64,000 nucleotides of DNA from NCBI GenBank assembly GCA_020845755.1, contig JADLFE010000014.1, positions 4,181-68,180 on the forward strand. The letters are read 5' to 3'. The position numbers and the translations under genes are program-made. The stretch comes from Phycisphaerales bacterium. GTDB taxonomy: Bacteria; Planctomycetota; Phycisphaerae; Phycisphaerales; UBA1924. This document shows positions 56,647 through 64,000 of this stretch, in pieces (position 1 is the first letter of the stretch; each line of letters begins with the position of its first letter). The notes below the pieces were generated by a model. That model was not told where the DNA came from. It ran no database searches and saw only the letters and a program-made list of their open reading frames with translations.

Positions 56647-57462
56647 GTGCTTCATCTGGCGATTTGCTCCCGCTTACCCTCCCCCGTGCGTTTCCTCGCC
56701 TGGAACATCCTGCACGGCGGCGGGCCCGCCCGCATGCCCGAGATCGCCCACGCGATCGCGGCTCACGGGCCCGACGTGGTGGCATTGTGCGAGGTCAGGC
56801 GGACGACCGGCGGGCAGATCGCGGGGGTGCTCGCGGACATCGGCCTTCGGCATTGGGCTTGGACCGACCCACCCGCCGGCATCAACGGCGTGCTCGTCGC
56901 CAGCCGAACCCCCTTCGCCGCTTCACGCTTTGATCGGCCCGCGTCGCAGCGTCTCCTCGCCGCCCGTTTCGCGTCGCTTGACCTCAACCTCATCGCGTGC
57001 CACGTGCCTCCCGATCCCGGGAGCGAACGCTCGCACGCATGGAAATCCCTGCTCGACTACGCCAAATCCCGCATGGGCGAGCGCACGCTCGTGCTGGGTG
57101 ATCTCAACGCGGGACGCGACGGCGACCTGCGTGCGCTCAAGCTCGACGGCCAGGAATCGCTCGGAAGACTCTGGACATGGGGCTACCGCGACCTGTTCCG
57201 CAAGGAAAACACCGGCTCATCCGAGTTCAGTTGGCTGACCCCCGATCGACAAGGCGGAGGTCGGATCGATCACGCGATCGCATCGGCGATCCTTGCGACC
57301 AGCGAATCGCGGGTGCGTTACTCACACACAGAGCGTGACTTACGCATCTCTGACCACTCGATGCTGCTGGCTGATCTGGCGTTGTCAGGCGCACGCGATC
57401 GGGAGAACGGGAACATGCCAACCGACTCAACGCACGGCGGCGGGACGCTGTTTTCCACATGA
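56647..57462 (+). CDS. Endonuclease/exonuclease/phosphatase (EEP) family protein
   Basis: Contains RFLAWNILHGGG, DVVALCEV, GDLNAG, and RIDHAI...SDHSML at the C-terminus. The track start is GTG 56647; GTG 56686 (VRFLAWN) is an alternative. Confidence 0.7.
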   Translation: MLHLAICSRLPSPVRFLAWNILHGGGPARMPEIAHAIAAHGPDVVALCEVRRTTGGQIAGVLADIGLRHWAWTDPPAGINGVLVASRTPFAASRFDRPASQRLLAARFASLDLNLIACHVPPDPGSERSHAWKSLLDYAKSRMGERTLVLGDLNAGRDGDLRALKLDGQESLGRLWTWGYRDLFRKENTGSSEFSWLTPDRQGGGRIDHAIASAILATSESRVRYSHTERDLRISDHSMLLADLALSGARDRENGNMPTDSTHGGGTLFST

Positions 57463-57614
57463 GAATCCGGTGATTGGGCCTGGTGTGCGCGGGGGAGAGG
57501 AACGTCGTGGCGGGTGCTGTCCACGCAAAGAGCATCAAAAAGTACGGGAAAATCGCGTGTTTTTTCGATGCATGACTTGCCGATCGCGTTGACGTCGGTT
57601 ACAAGTTCGTCGGA

Positions 57615-57633
57615 TGCGGGTTGGAAACCCGCA
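57615..57633 (+). promoter_or_regulatory. 5'-leader hairpin upstream of the HU-like gene
   Basis: TGCGGGTT-GGA-AACCCGCA with an 8-bp stem, 27 nt upstream of ATG 57660. Function unknown. Confidence 0.3.
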
Positions 57634-57659
57634 CGAAAACACTGTTACGGAGATCAAAC

Positions 57660-58037
57660 ATGGGCAAGAAGAATGGGAAAGCGTCGGGCAAGGCCGCCAA
57701 AGCCGCCCCCAAGCCGGCCAAGATCACCGGCGCTGCCAAGGTCCGCACCAAGAGCGAGATCTACAGCACCATCGCTGAGCACGTAGGCCTTCCGCGCAAG
57801 CAGGTCGCTCAGGCGTTCGATGTCCTCGGCCAGTTGATCGCGGCCGACCTCAAGGGCAAGGCCGGCGTCTTCGCCATCCCGGGCCTCATGAAGGTCACGG
57901 TCGTTCACAAGCCCGCCACCAAGGGCGGCATGCGTCCGAACCCGTTCAAGCCGGGCGAGATGATGGAAGTGAAGGCCAAGCCCGCCCGCAAGGTCGTCAA
58001 GGTTCGCCCCCTGCGCGCCCTGAAGGCCATGGTGTAA
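57660..58037 (+). CDS. HU/IHF-fold DNA-binding protein with Lys/Ala-rich N-terminal tail
   Basis: Start moved to ATG 57660. The tail MGKKNGKASGKAAKAAPKPAKITGAAKVRTK is followed by the HU fold (SEIYSTIAEHVGLPRKQVAQAFDVLGQLIAADL...FAIPGLMKVTVVHKPA...RPNPFKPGEMMEVKAKP). Confidence 0.75.
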   Translation: MGKKNGKASGKAAKAAPKPAKITGAAKVRTKSEIYSTIAEHVGLPRKQVAQAFDVLGQLIAADLKGKAGVFAIPGLMKVTVVHKPATKGGMRPNPFKPGEMMEVKAKPARKVVKVRPLRALKAMV

Positions 58038-58088
58038 GACCACCGCGGGTCTCTCCCGAGACTCGAATATCCATCGAATTCGCAGCAG

Positions 58089-58116
58089 CGCCCGCGAAAG
58101 CGGGCGTTGTTCTTTT
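58089..58116 (+). terminator. Rho-independent terminator of the HU-like gene
   Basis: CGCCCGC-GAAA-GCGGGCG (7-bp stem, GNRA-type loop) followed by TTGTTCTTTT. Confidence 0.62.
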
Positions 58117-58135
58117 CCGGGGTTCCGAGGGCGGC

Positions 58136-59215
58136 TCAGGCTCCGATGTACTTGGCGAGAACACCTCGTGCTCTGGCCGGGTCGGCGGTTCCCTGGACGA
58201 TTGCGCGACCGTCGGCGAACAGCGAGAGTTCCAGGCTGCCGCCCGCGTCCGAGCGTTCGTGCACGAGCACGACGCGAAGCAGCGACGACGAGACGCGATT
58301 TGGGCAGAATGCACGGAGCGTGCTTGCGGCCTGATCGAGATCGCACGGACGGCCGGAAGAACCGATCTGCACCGCGACCTGGCCGCAGAGTTTGATCACA
58401 TCATCGTCGTGCTTGCCTTCAAGGAACTCAAAGGACTGTCGGCCGCAGCACGGGCAGTTTCGACGGGCGGCTGGGTCGCACATGGCGGAGAGATCGATGC
58501 GGCGGCGGTCGGTGGACCAGAGGTCAAATTCCAGGAGCGTGGGCTGGATGAGATCGCGTCGGCCCACGAGCACTTTGATCGCGTCCGCGGCCTGGCAGCC
58601 CGCAACGATGGAGACCGCGGGCCCGAGCACGCCCGAGGTATCACATGTCGGCATCGTTCCGGGCGCGGGAGGATCTTCGAACACGCAACGCAGACACGCC
58701 GACTCGCCGGGAAGCACGGTCATCTGCATGCCGCGGGTGCCGATCACGCCGCCATAAACGAAGGGGATGCCGTCACGCACGGCGGCGTCGTTGAGGAGGT
58801 ATCGCGTTCCGGCGTTGTCCGTGCCGTCGACGATGACATCGGGCTTGGCGTCGCGTAGAAGCCGCGGGAGAGATCGCGAGGTAACGTCCATCACGCGCGG
58901 CTGGATTCGAATGCTCGAGTTCACACGCGCAAGACGGGCGGCGCCGGCCTCGGCCTTGGGGCGGCGCTCGGTCGCGTCGCTCTCGTCAAAGAGGCATTGG
59001 CGTTGAAGATTCGTCAGTTCCACCACGTCTCGATCAACGAGCGTGAGCGTTCCGACGCCGGCGCGAGCGAGCAGATCGGCAGAGGCGCAGCCGAGCGCTC
59101 CGACCCCGATGATGATCGCGTGCGAATCCGCCAGGCGCTGCTGCGATTCCACGCCGAACCCGCGGAGGATGGTCTGGCGCCGGTATCGATCGAACTGTGC
59201 GGTGCGTTCGTTCAC
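58136..59215 (-). CDS. ThiF/MoeB-family E1-like adenylyltransferase (long form with C-terminal domain)
   Basis: Track ORF 58136..59614(-). Start moved to GTG 59213-15 (VNERTAQFDRYRRQ), which overlaps the upstream stop (GTGA). Contains IIGVGALGCASADLLARAGVG, LVDRDVVELTNLQRQ and a Zn motif CLRC...CPCC. Confidence 0.8.
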   Translation of the reverse strand: MNERTAQFDRYRRQTILRGFGVESQQRLADSHAIIIGVGALGCASADLLARAGVGTLTLVDRDVVELTNLQRQCLFDESDATERRPKAEAGAARLARVNSSIRIQPRVMDVTSRSLPRLLRDAKPDVIVDGTDNAGTRYLLNDAAVRDGIPFVYGGVIGTRGMQMTVLPGESACLRCVFEDPPAPGTMPTCDTSGVLGPAVSIVAGCQAADAIKVLVGRRDLIQPTLLEFDLWSTDRRRIDLSAMCDPAARRNCPCCGRQSFEFLEGKHDDDVIKLCGQVAVQIGSSGRPCDLDQAASTLRAFCPNRVSSSLLRVVLVHERSDAGGSLELSLFADGRAIVQGTADPARARGVLAKYIGA

Positions 59216-60726
59216 GCGGGATTGTTGGGCGCGACGGCAGGGCGCGTGAGCGTGATCTCGACGATCTCCGGGGGGACGCCGAAACGCAGCGGGAGGATCG
59301 ACATTCCGATCCCGCGCGAAATGAGCACGCGACAGGCGGGGCCATGAACGAGCCCGGCGGCGTACTTGCTGCCATAGCGGCTGGGGACCATCGGAGTGCC
59401 GACGATCGGCAGGCGGACCTGCCCGCCGTGGGTGTGCCCGCAGAGCATCAGGTCGATGCGAGGGGGGCGAGGCGTGTGCAGTTCGGGCAATTCCGCGGTG
59501 TCGGGGCGGTGGGCGAGCATCAGCCGCGGCATCCAATCGGGCACACCGGCGAGGGCGGCGTTGAAGTCGACATGGTCTTCTTTGAGATCGCCAACGCCGG
59601 AGATGCAAAGGCATTCGGCGTGAGGTGCATCTGAGTCACGGACCAGCGAACGCGAGCGTGGGTCGTAGAAGCAGCGAGCATTGTCGACCATGCGCACGCT
59701 GATGTTGGTGAAAGCGTCGGTAACGCGCTGTCCGCCGGCCCACCAATCGTGGTTGCCGAGCACCCCCACGACGACACGCCCCGGCGCCACAAGCGGTTCG
59801 AAGAGCCTTGCCGCGGGCTCGACCCACTGCGGGCCGTTGTGGACATAATCGCCGGTGAGAAGCACGATGTCGGGCGAGAGGGCGAGCGTGTGCGCGACAG
59901 CGTGGCGGATGAAGGATGCGGGGATGCGCGGGCCGAGGTGCGTATCGCTGAGTTGGACGAGTTTCAGCCCGACGAGCGGCGCGGGCAGGTCGGCGATCGG
60001 AATCTCGTAGCGTGTCACGCGCAGGTCCCACGGCTCGGCGAGCGTGGCGTCGGCGCCGATCGCGACGGTGGCGAGGCCGCCGAGACCGAGCGTGCCGTCG
60101 AACAGGAAGCGGCGGCGCGAGGAGCAGGCACACGAGCCGGGAGCGTGGTGAGCATCACCCCACGGCGAGGTGGTTTGCACGCCATCACTCTCCGGATGAC
60201 GATCTAATGACGACGCCGCAGCGTCGACGCCGCTCGGAGGCATCGAGTGATTCCGCCGCGAGCGGATGAGTGTCGAGCGGAATGAGCAGAGCACAACCAG
60301 CCCGGCAAACCAGGCGGACCACGCCATTCCCGCGGCCAGGATTGCCACGCCGAGGGAATCCGTGTGCCAGTTGCCGCTGACGACATTGATGACGCCCCAT
60401 CCTGTTGCGCAGAGCACGTTGAAGATGTTGGCGAGACACTTGATCGCCATGCCAGGGCCCGCCGCGTCCGCGCCGAGCGTGCCCGCGGGAGCGATCCACA
60501 CCAACCAGTGGCTGACGACCGAGATCGAGATCATCCCGATCCACGCGAGCGCGAGGAACGCCCAGCGACGGCGCTCCTTTCTCGGACGATGTTCGTCGAC
60601 GGCTGCCCGAGGCGGCATGGCCGACCGACGCTGAAGATCATGCTGGGATTCTGGTTCGCACATCGCTCGCTCGTGAACCTCTGGAATCGGCTCGAATCTC
60701 CCGCGGCTTGCGGGCGTACGTCCCAT
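59212..60726 (-). CDS. Membrane-anchored calcineurin-like metallophosphoesterase
   Basis: 504 aa. About 4 N-terminal TM helices, then SRRRFLFDGTLGLGGLATVAIGADA, then QLSDTHLG, LTGDYV, LGNHDW and CGHTHGG. Confidence 0.75.
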   Translation of the reverse strand: MGRTPASRGRFEPIPEVHERAMCEPESQHDLQRRSAMPPRAAVDEHRPRKERRRWAFLALAWIGMISISVVSHWLVWIAPAGTLGADAAGPGMAIKCLANIFNVLCATGWGVINVVSGNWHTDSLGVAILAAGMAWSAWFAGLVVLCSFRSTLIRSRRNHSMPPSGVDAAASSLDRHPESDGVQTTSPWGDAHHAPGSCACSSRRRFLFDGTLGLGGLATVAIGADATLAEPWDLRVTRYEIPIADLPAPLVGLKLVQLSDTHLGPRIPASFIRHAVAHTLALSPDIVLLTGDYVHNGPQWVEPAARLFEPLVAPGRVVVGVLGNHDWWAGGQRVTDAFTNISVRMVDNARCFYDPRSRSLVRDSDAPHAECLCISGVGDLKEDHVDFNAALAGVPDWMPRLMLAHRPDTAELPELHTPRPPRIDLMLCGHTHGGQVRLPIVGTPMVPSRYGSKYAAGLVHGPACRVLISRGIGMSILPLRFGVPPEIVEITLTRPAVAPNNPA

Positions 60727-60739
60727 GATGCGGGCGAGT

Positions 60740-61597
60740 TCACGGCGTGGGCGGAAGCGGTAGCAAATCCGCGTGCGTGAGTTTGTCAGGCAGTCGGTCG
60801 AGGGTGACGCCCTGCTCGATCGAGAACTGCCCGCTGGCCGTGCGGCGGAGCGAGGTCAGCATGCCGCCAACGCCGATCGCGGCGCCGAGATCGCGCGCGA
60901 GGCTGCGGATGTAAACGCCCTTGCCGCATTCGACGACGATCGTGAGCCTCGGCCAGTCGAACGCCTCGATGCGGATGTCGTGTATCACGACTTTGCGACT
61001 CGCGAGTTCGATCGGCGTGCCCTCGCGCGCCAGTTCATAGGATCGCCTGCCGCCGACATTGATCGCGGAGTACGCCGGCGGGCGTTGATCCACCGTGCCC
61101 ATGAACCGCGGGAGCACCCGCTCGATGTCCTCTCGACAAACGCGGAGCGCGGGATCGATCGGCGTGCATTCGCCGGCCTCGTCATCGGTGGTCGAGAGGC
61201 GAGAGAGGTCGATCGTGGTCGCGTAGGTCTTTCGCGTCGCCATGATCTGGTCGCACAGGCGTGTGGCCTTGCCGATGAGCACGACGAGCACGCCGGTCGC
61301 GAGCGGATCGAGCGTCCCGCCGTGCCCGACCTTCACGCCCTTGGGCGCGCCGGCGCGCCGAAGGCGGGCGCGGATGATGGCGCACACGTCCATCGACGTG
61401 AAGCCAGGCTGCTTGTCAATGATGAGCAGGCCGGTAGGCGAGACGGGTGTTGCCGGCGGCGATTGCCGATGCGGGTCGACGGGCGCTGGAGGATTGGGCC
61501 TCACGGACGCCGAGAGTTCGGCTGGATCGCTCGGCTGCGTGGATGGCGCGTTCGGTTGAACACTCGCGCGATCCGAATTGCCTTGCGGTTCGTTCAC
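60740..61597 (-). CDS. truB: tRNA pseudouridine(55) synthase TruB
   Basis: Track ORF 60740..61681(-). Start moved to GTG 61595-97, which overlaps the upstream stop (GTGA). Contains GLLIIDKQPGFTSMD, VGHGGTLDPLATGVL (catalytic Asp), PPAYSAINVGG and GKGVYIRSLARDLG. Confidence 0.9.
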   Translation of the reverse strand: MNEPQGNSDRASVQPNAPSTQPSDPAELSASVRPNPPAPVDPHRQSPPATPVSPTGLLIIDKQPGFTSMDVCAIIRARLRRAGAPKGVKVGHGGTLDPLATGVLVVLIGKATRLCDQIMATRKTYATTIDLSRLSTTDDEAGECTPIDPALRVCREDIERVLPRFMGTVDQRPPAYSAINVGGRRSYELAREGTPIELASRKVVIHDIRIEAFDWPRLTIVVECGKGVYIRSLARDLGAAIGVGGMLTSLRRTASGQFSIEQGVTLDRLPDKLTHADLLPLPPTP

Positions 61598-63492
61598 TTG
61601 GCACCTCGAATCCACACGCCAACGTCGACCAGTCTTCCGCGGCCGAGGTTTACACCACGGGTGTTGAAGTCGTCGCGCCACCCCGCGGCACGAAGCGCCT
61701 CGGCAGCGCGGGATGACTCAATCGGCGCGATTACCATGCCGTCGGGATGGGCCGCAGCCCAATCATCAATGGAATCCTCGGGCACGCGTTCGATCCGGCC
61801 CCGCGTGGCGAAGACAAGGCTGTCCTCCTGATATCCGCTGCAGGCCAGCGGACGCGCGTGAGTCGGGTCGAGCGACTGAGCGTACTGGATCAATCGCGGG
61901 CTCAGCAACGTCACCCTGGGCATGAGAAAGAGAAAGAACGGCACCAGCGCGAGTATCGCGGCAAAGACACCGAGCCCTTGGGCCCGGAGTGGCTGCGAGT
62001 GTGCGGCGGATCGGCTCGCGATGACCAGCAGGATGACGGCAGCGATGGCAGGTCCTGCGGCGAGTGCCACCGGGAGCATGTCGGGTTGAATCATCCAGAG
62101 AAGCGATGGAGCGGCGATGCTCAGTACCGCGCCGATGACCACCCACGGCAGCCAGGCCTGGGGCTGCGAGAGATCGCCGACAGTCGGTCGAGAGCGGGTG
62201 CGCAGGGTATCTGTATTCGCTCGCGGCTCGCTCGGACTATCGTGGCTCGTGGCCGGACCGAGTTTCAGATTGCCGGACTCTCGCGCTGCCGCGGCCGCGA
62301 TCGAGAGCAACCCGCGGGCCGAGAGCAGCGCGATCGCGGGGTACAACGGCATGGTGTAGTGCGGGAGTTTGGTGCCCACCATCTCGAACACGATCCACGA
62401 TGGGACCAGCCAGGCCAGACAGAAGAGTTCACCCTCGCGACCAGCCTTGCGCTTCCAACGCCAACTCGGAGTCGCACGCGGCAGGCCACGACGGATCGCA
62501 CGGGCGATCGAGGCGAGCGTCGCGAGCGATCCCGGCCAGAACAACGCCGCCAGCAAAAGTGTGTGATACCCCGGCGGACCCCAGTGGCCTTCCTTGGCCT
62601 GGACGCTGCGGCCCAGCGTTTCATCGAGAATCAGGGTCCAGTACGAGTTCCAGCCGACGCGCTCGCCGACCGCCCATACCCACGGCCCGACGCACGCTGC
62701 GATGATGAGCACACCCATGAGCGGCCGGAGTTCCAGCACGCGCCGCCACGACCTCGCAAAGACGCACTGCATCAGCAGCGTCAGAATCGCGATCATCGGC
62801 GCGATCGGTCCCTTGGCCATGATGCCCATTAAGATTGCCAGCCAGAACATGGCGGCGTGGAGCCATGTCGCGTTGCGTTCGTGCCACACACGCCACAACG
62901 CCGCCTGCGTGAGCACCGTACTGAACAATAGTAACTGATCGGCACGCGCCTGGTGAGCATCAAACGCGACCAGCGGGCACACCGCCAGCAGCGCCGCCCC
63001 CAGCCACGCAGCCCGTGGATCCATCATGCGGCAGCCAAGGCGCCATGTCATGAGCACGGCGCCGATCGCGCACAGCAGGCTCGGAACGCGGTACATCCAG
63101 ATCGAGTCGCGCGACGGATCCCCACGCGTGAAGACCCAGGCCGAGGCCCCCTGCAGCCAGTAGATCAAGGGCGGCTTGTTCAGGCGAGGCTTGTCCTGAA
63201 CCATCGGAATGACCGCCCCGCCCGAGTGCAGAGCAGGCGAACGGTCCTTTTCGGGCAGCGCGACAGCCTCGAACATCTGGCGGCTGGCTTGGGCGAAACG
63301 TGATTCATCGCGGTCGATGGGCGGGGTTTGAAGCAGGCCGGGGACATACACTGTCAGGCAGATCAGCGCAAGCAGGATGCCGGCGCGCCGGCCGCGCGCG
63401 TGCCGCCACCGAGCGGCGACGAGCGACCAGAGGCTCGCGAGCACACCCGTGGGGGCAGAACCGAGTTTGAGCGGGCCATCACCATTCCGCAT
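61594..63492 (-). CDS. ArnT/PMT-like (GT39/GT83) lipid-linked-sugar glycosyltransferase
   Basis: 632 aa, polytopic. Contains PPIDRDESRFAQASRQM, NKPPLIYWLQ and AKGPIAPM. Confidence 0.8.
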   Translation of the reverse strand: MRNGDGPLKLGSAPTGVLASLWSLVAARWRHARGRRAGILLALICLTVYVPGLLQTPPIDRDESRFAQASRQMFEAVALPEKDRSPALHSGGAVIPMVQDKPRLNKPPLIYWLQGASAWVFTRGDPSRDSIWMYRVPSLLCAIGAVLMTWRLGCRMMDPRAAWLGAALLAVCPLVAFDAHQARADQLLLFSTVLTQAALWRVWHERNATWLHAAMFWLAILMGIMAKGPIAPMIAILTLLMQCVFARSWRRVLELRPLMGVLIIAACVGPWVWAVGERVGWNSYWTLILDETLGRSVQAKEGHWGPPGYHTLLLAALFWPGSLATLASIARAIRRGLPRATPSWRWKRKAGREGELFCLAWLVPSWIVFEMVGTKLPHYTMPLYPAIALLSARGLLSIAAAAARESGNLKLGPATSHDSPSEPRANTDTLRTRSRPTVGDLSQPQAWLPWVVIGAVLSIAAPSLLWMIQPDMLPVALAAGPAIAAVILLVIASRSAAHSQPLRAQGLGVFAAILALVPFFLFLMPRVTLLSPRLIQYAQSLDPTHARPLACSGYQEDSLVFATRGRIERVPEDSIDDWAAAHPDGMVIAPIESSRAAEALRAAGWRDDFNTRGVNLGRGRLVDVGVWIRGAK

Positions 63493-63556
63493 CGCACGCG
63501 ACTATAACCGCACGCTCGCCGCGCCGGTGCGGTTGGCCCATTTGGGGCTGGGCGTG

Positions 63557-64000
63557 ATGGGCAACATTCTCCGAACACCGCCTGGACGATGGGCGCTCGA
63601 TCCGACGCGACGATGGTGGACCGTGCCGGTGTTTGTTGGAGCAACACTCGCCGTGTTCTTCTTTCCGTTGGACGGGGCGATCTCTTCGTGGGCACGCTCG
63701 GTGAAACTCGGCGGTGACATCAAGCGTGAGTTTGAGGCGCAGCAGCAGTTCGGGCAACTCGTGTCGATTGTGCTGGTCGCGGTCGCGATCTGGCTGATCG
63801 ACGAGAAGCGTCGGGCCAGACTGTGGGATCTGGCTTTCTCCGCGGGAGTTGCGAACCTGCTCGCGAATCTCATCAAGGTGCTTGTTGGACGACCTAGGCC
63901 GAACCTTGAGGATCCAGACCTGTTTCTCGGACCGTTCGGGCAGTATCCAGTGCCGACCGACACGGGCCCGGTGCTCCGATATGCGTGGGAACTTGCCCCG
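63557..64000 (+). CDS. PAP2-family phosphatase (N-terminal part; runs off the window end)
   Basis: Absent from the ORF track because there is no stop in the window. My own translation from ATG 63557 gives MGNILRTPPGRWALDPTRRWWTVPVFVGATLAVFFFPLDG...ANLIKVLVGRPRP (PAP2 KxxxxxxRP motif). In-frame GTG/TTG alternatives exist at 63527-63554. It is divergent from the ArnT-like gene. Confidence 0.7.
   Translation, partial: MGNILRTPPGRWALDPTRRWWTVPVFVGATLAVFFFPLDGAISSWARSVKLGGDIKREFEAQQQFGQLVSIVLVAVAIWLIDEKRRARLWDLAFSAGVANLLANLIKVLVGRPRPNLEDPDLFLGPFGQYPVPTDTGPVLRYAWELAP

Noticed and set aside
58136-59215. ThiF-like E1 considered as part of a ubiquitin-like conjugation or CBASS-type defence module
   Set aside because: No E2, JAB/DUB, Ubl, cyclase or effector genes are adjacent. 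The architecture matches long-form housekeeping ThiF/MoeB, and the neighbours are housekeeping genes (truB, HU).

Overview
GC-rich bacterial chromosomal window with a strong G/C preference at codon position 3. Because of this, the six-frame track contains many long Arg/Gly/His-rich antisense or out-of-frame shadow ORFs, which I rejected. I support about 50 protein-coding genes, two of them cut by the window edges (gyrA at the left, a PAP2 phosphatase at the right). I saw no rRNA, tRNA, CRISPR array, transposase or integrase.

Gene content from left to right:
- gyrA (5' part); an exported protein with a degenerate AMMECR1-like domain; a GH38-like hydrolase; two tandem PEP-CTERM paralogs; greA.
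- A truncated dcw block, murC-murB-ddl-ftsQ. ftsQ is translationally coupled to an unknown polytopic membrane protein where ftsA/ftsZ would normally sit.
- Nudix hydrolase; NfeD-NfeD-FloA.
- Three TlpA-like thioredoxin+TPR paralogs (one has lost its CXXC motif) surrounding an orphan TonB-like gene.
- GT2 glycosyltransferase; nnrE and nnrD as separate genes; BFN nuclease-truD-HAD; YyaL-type thioredoxin protein; alpha/beta hydrolase; galE; lgt; tatD; transglutaminase-like protein.
- A pilT-gspF-three-pseudopilin operon that includes a 959-aa GspK/PilX-like protein.
- rnhA; a GT3 (eukaryote-type) glycogen synthase; PurS-PurS-PurL fusion; SLC13 transporter; pirin; 2-hydroxyacid dehydrogenase; EEP nuclease/phosphatase; HU-like protein; ThiF/MoeB; metallophosphoesterase; truB; ArnT-like GT; PAP2.

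Many true starts are internal GTG/ATG codons that form 4-nt overlaps (ATGA/GTGA) with the upstream stop. The PEP-CTERM proteins, abundant prepilin-type N-termini, a dcw block without ftsA/ftsZ and a GT3 glycogen synthase suggest a Planctomycetota (Phycisphaerae-like) genome. That is inference only. All family calls come from motifs recognised by eye; no database search was run.
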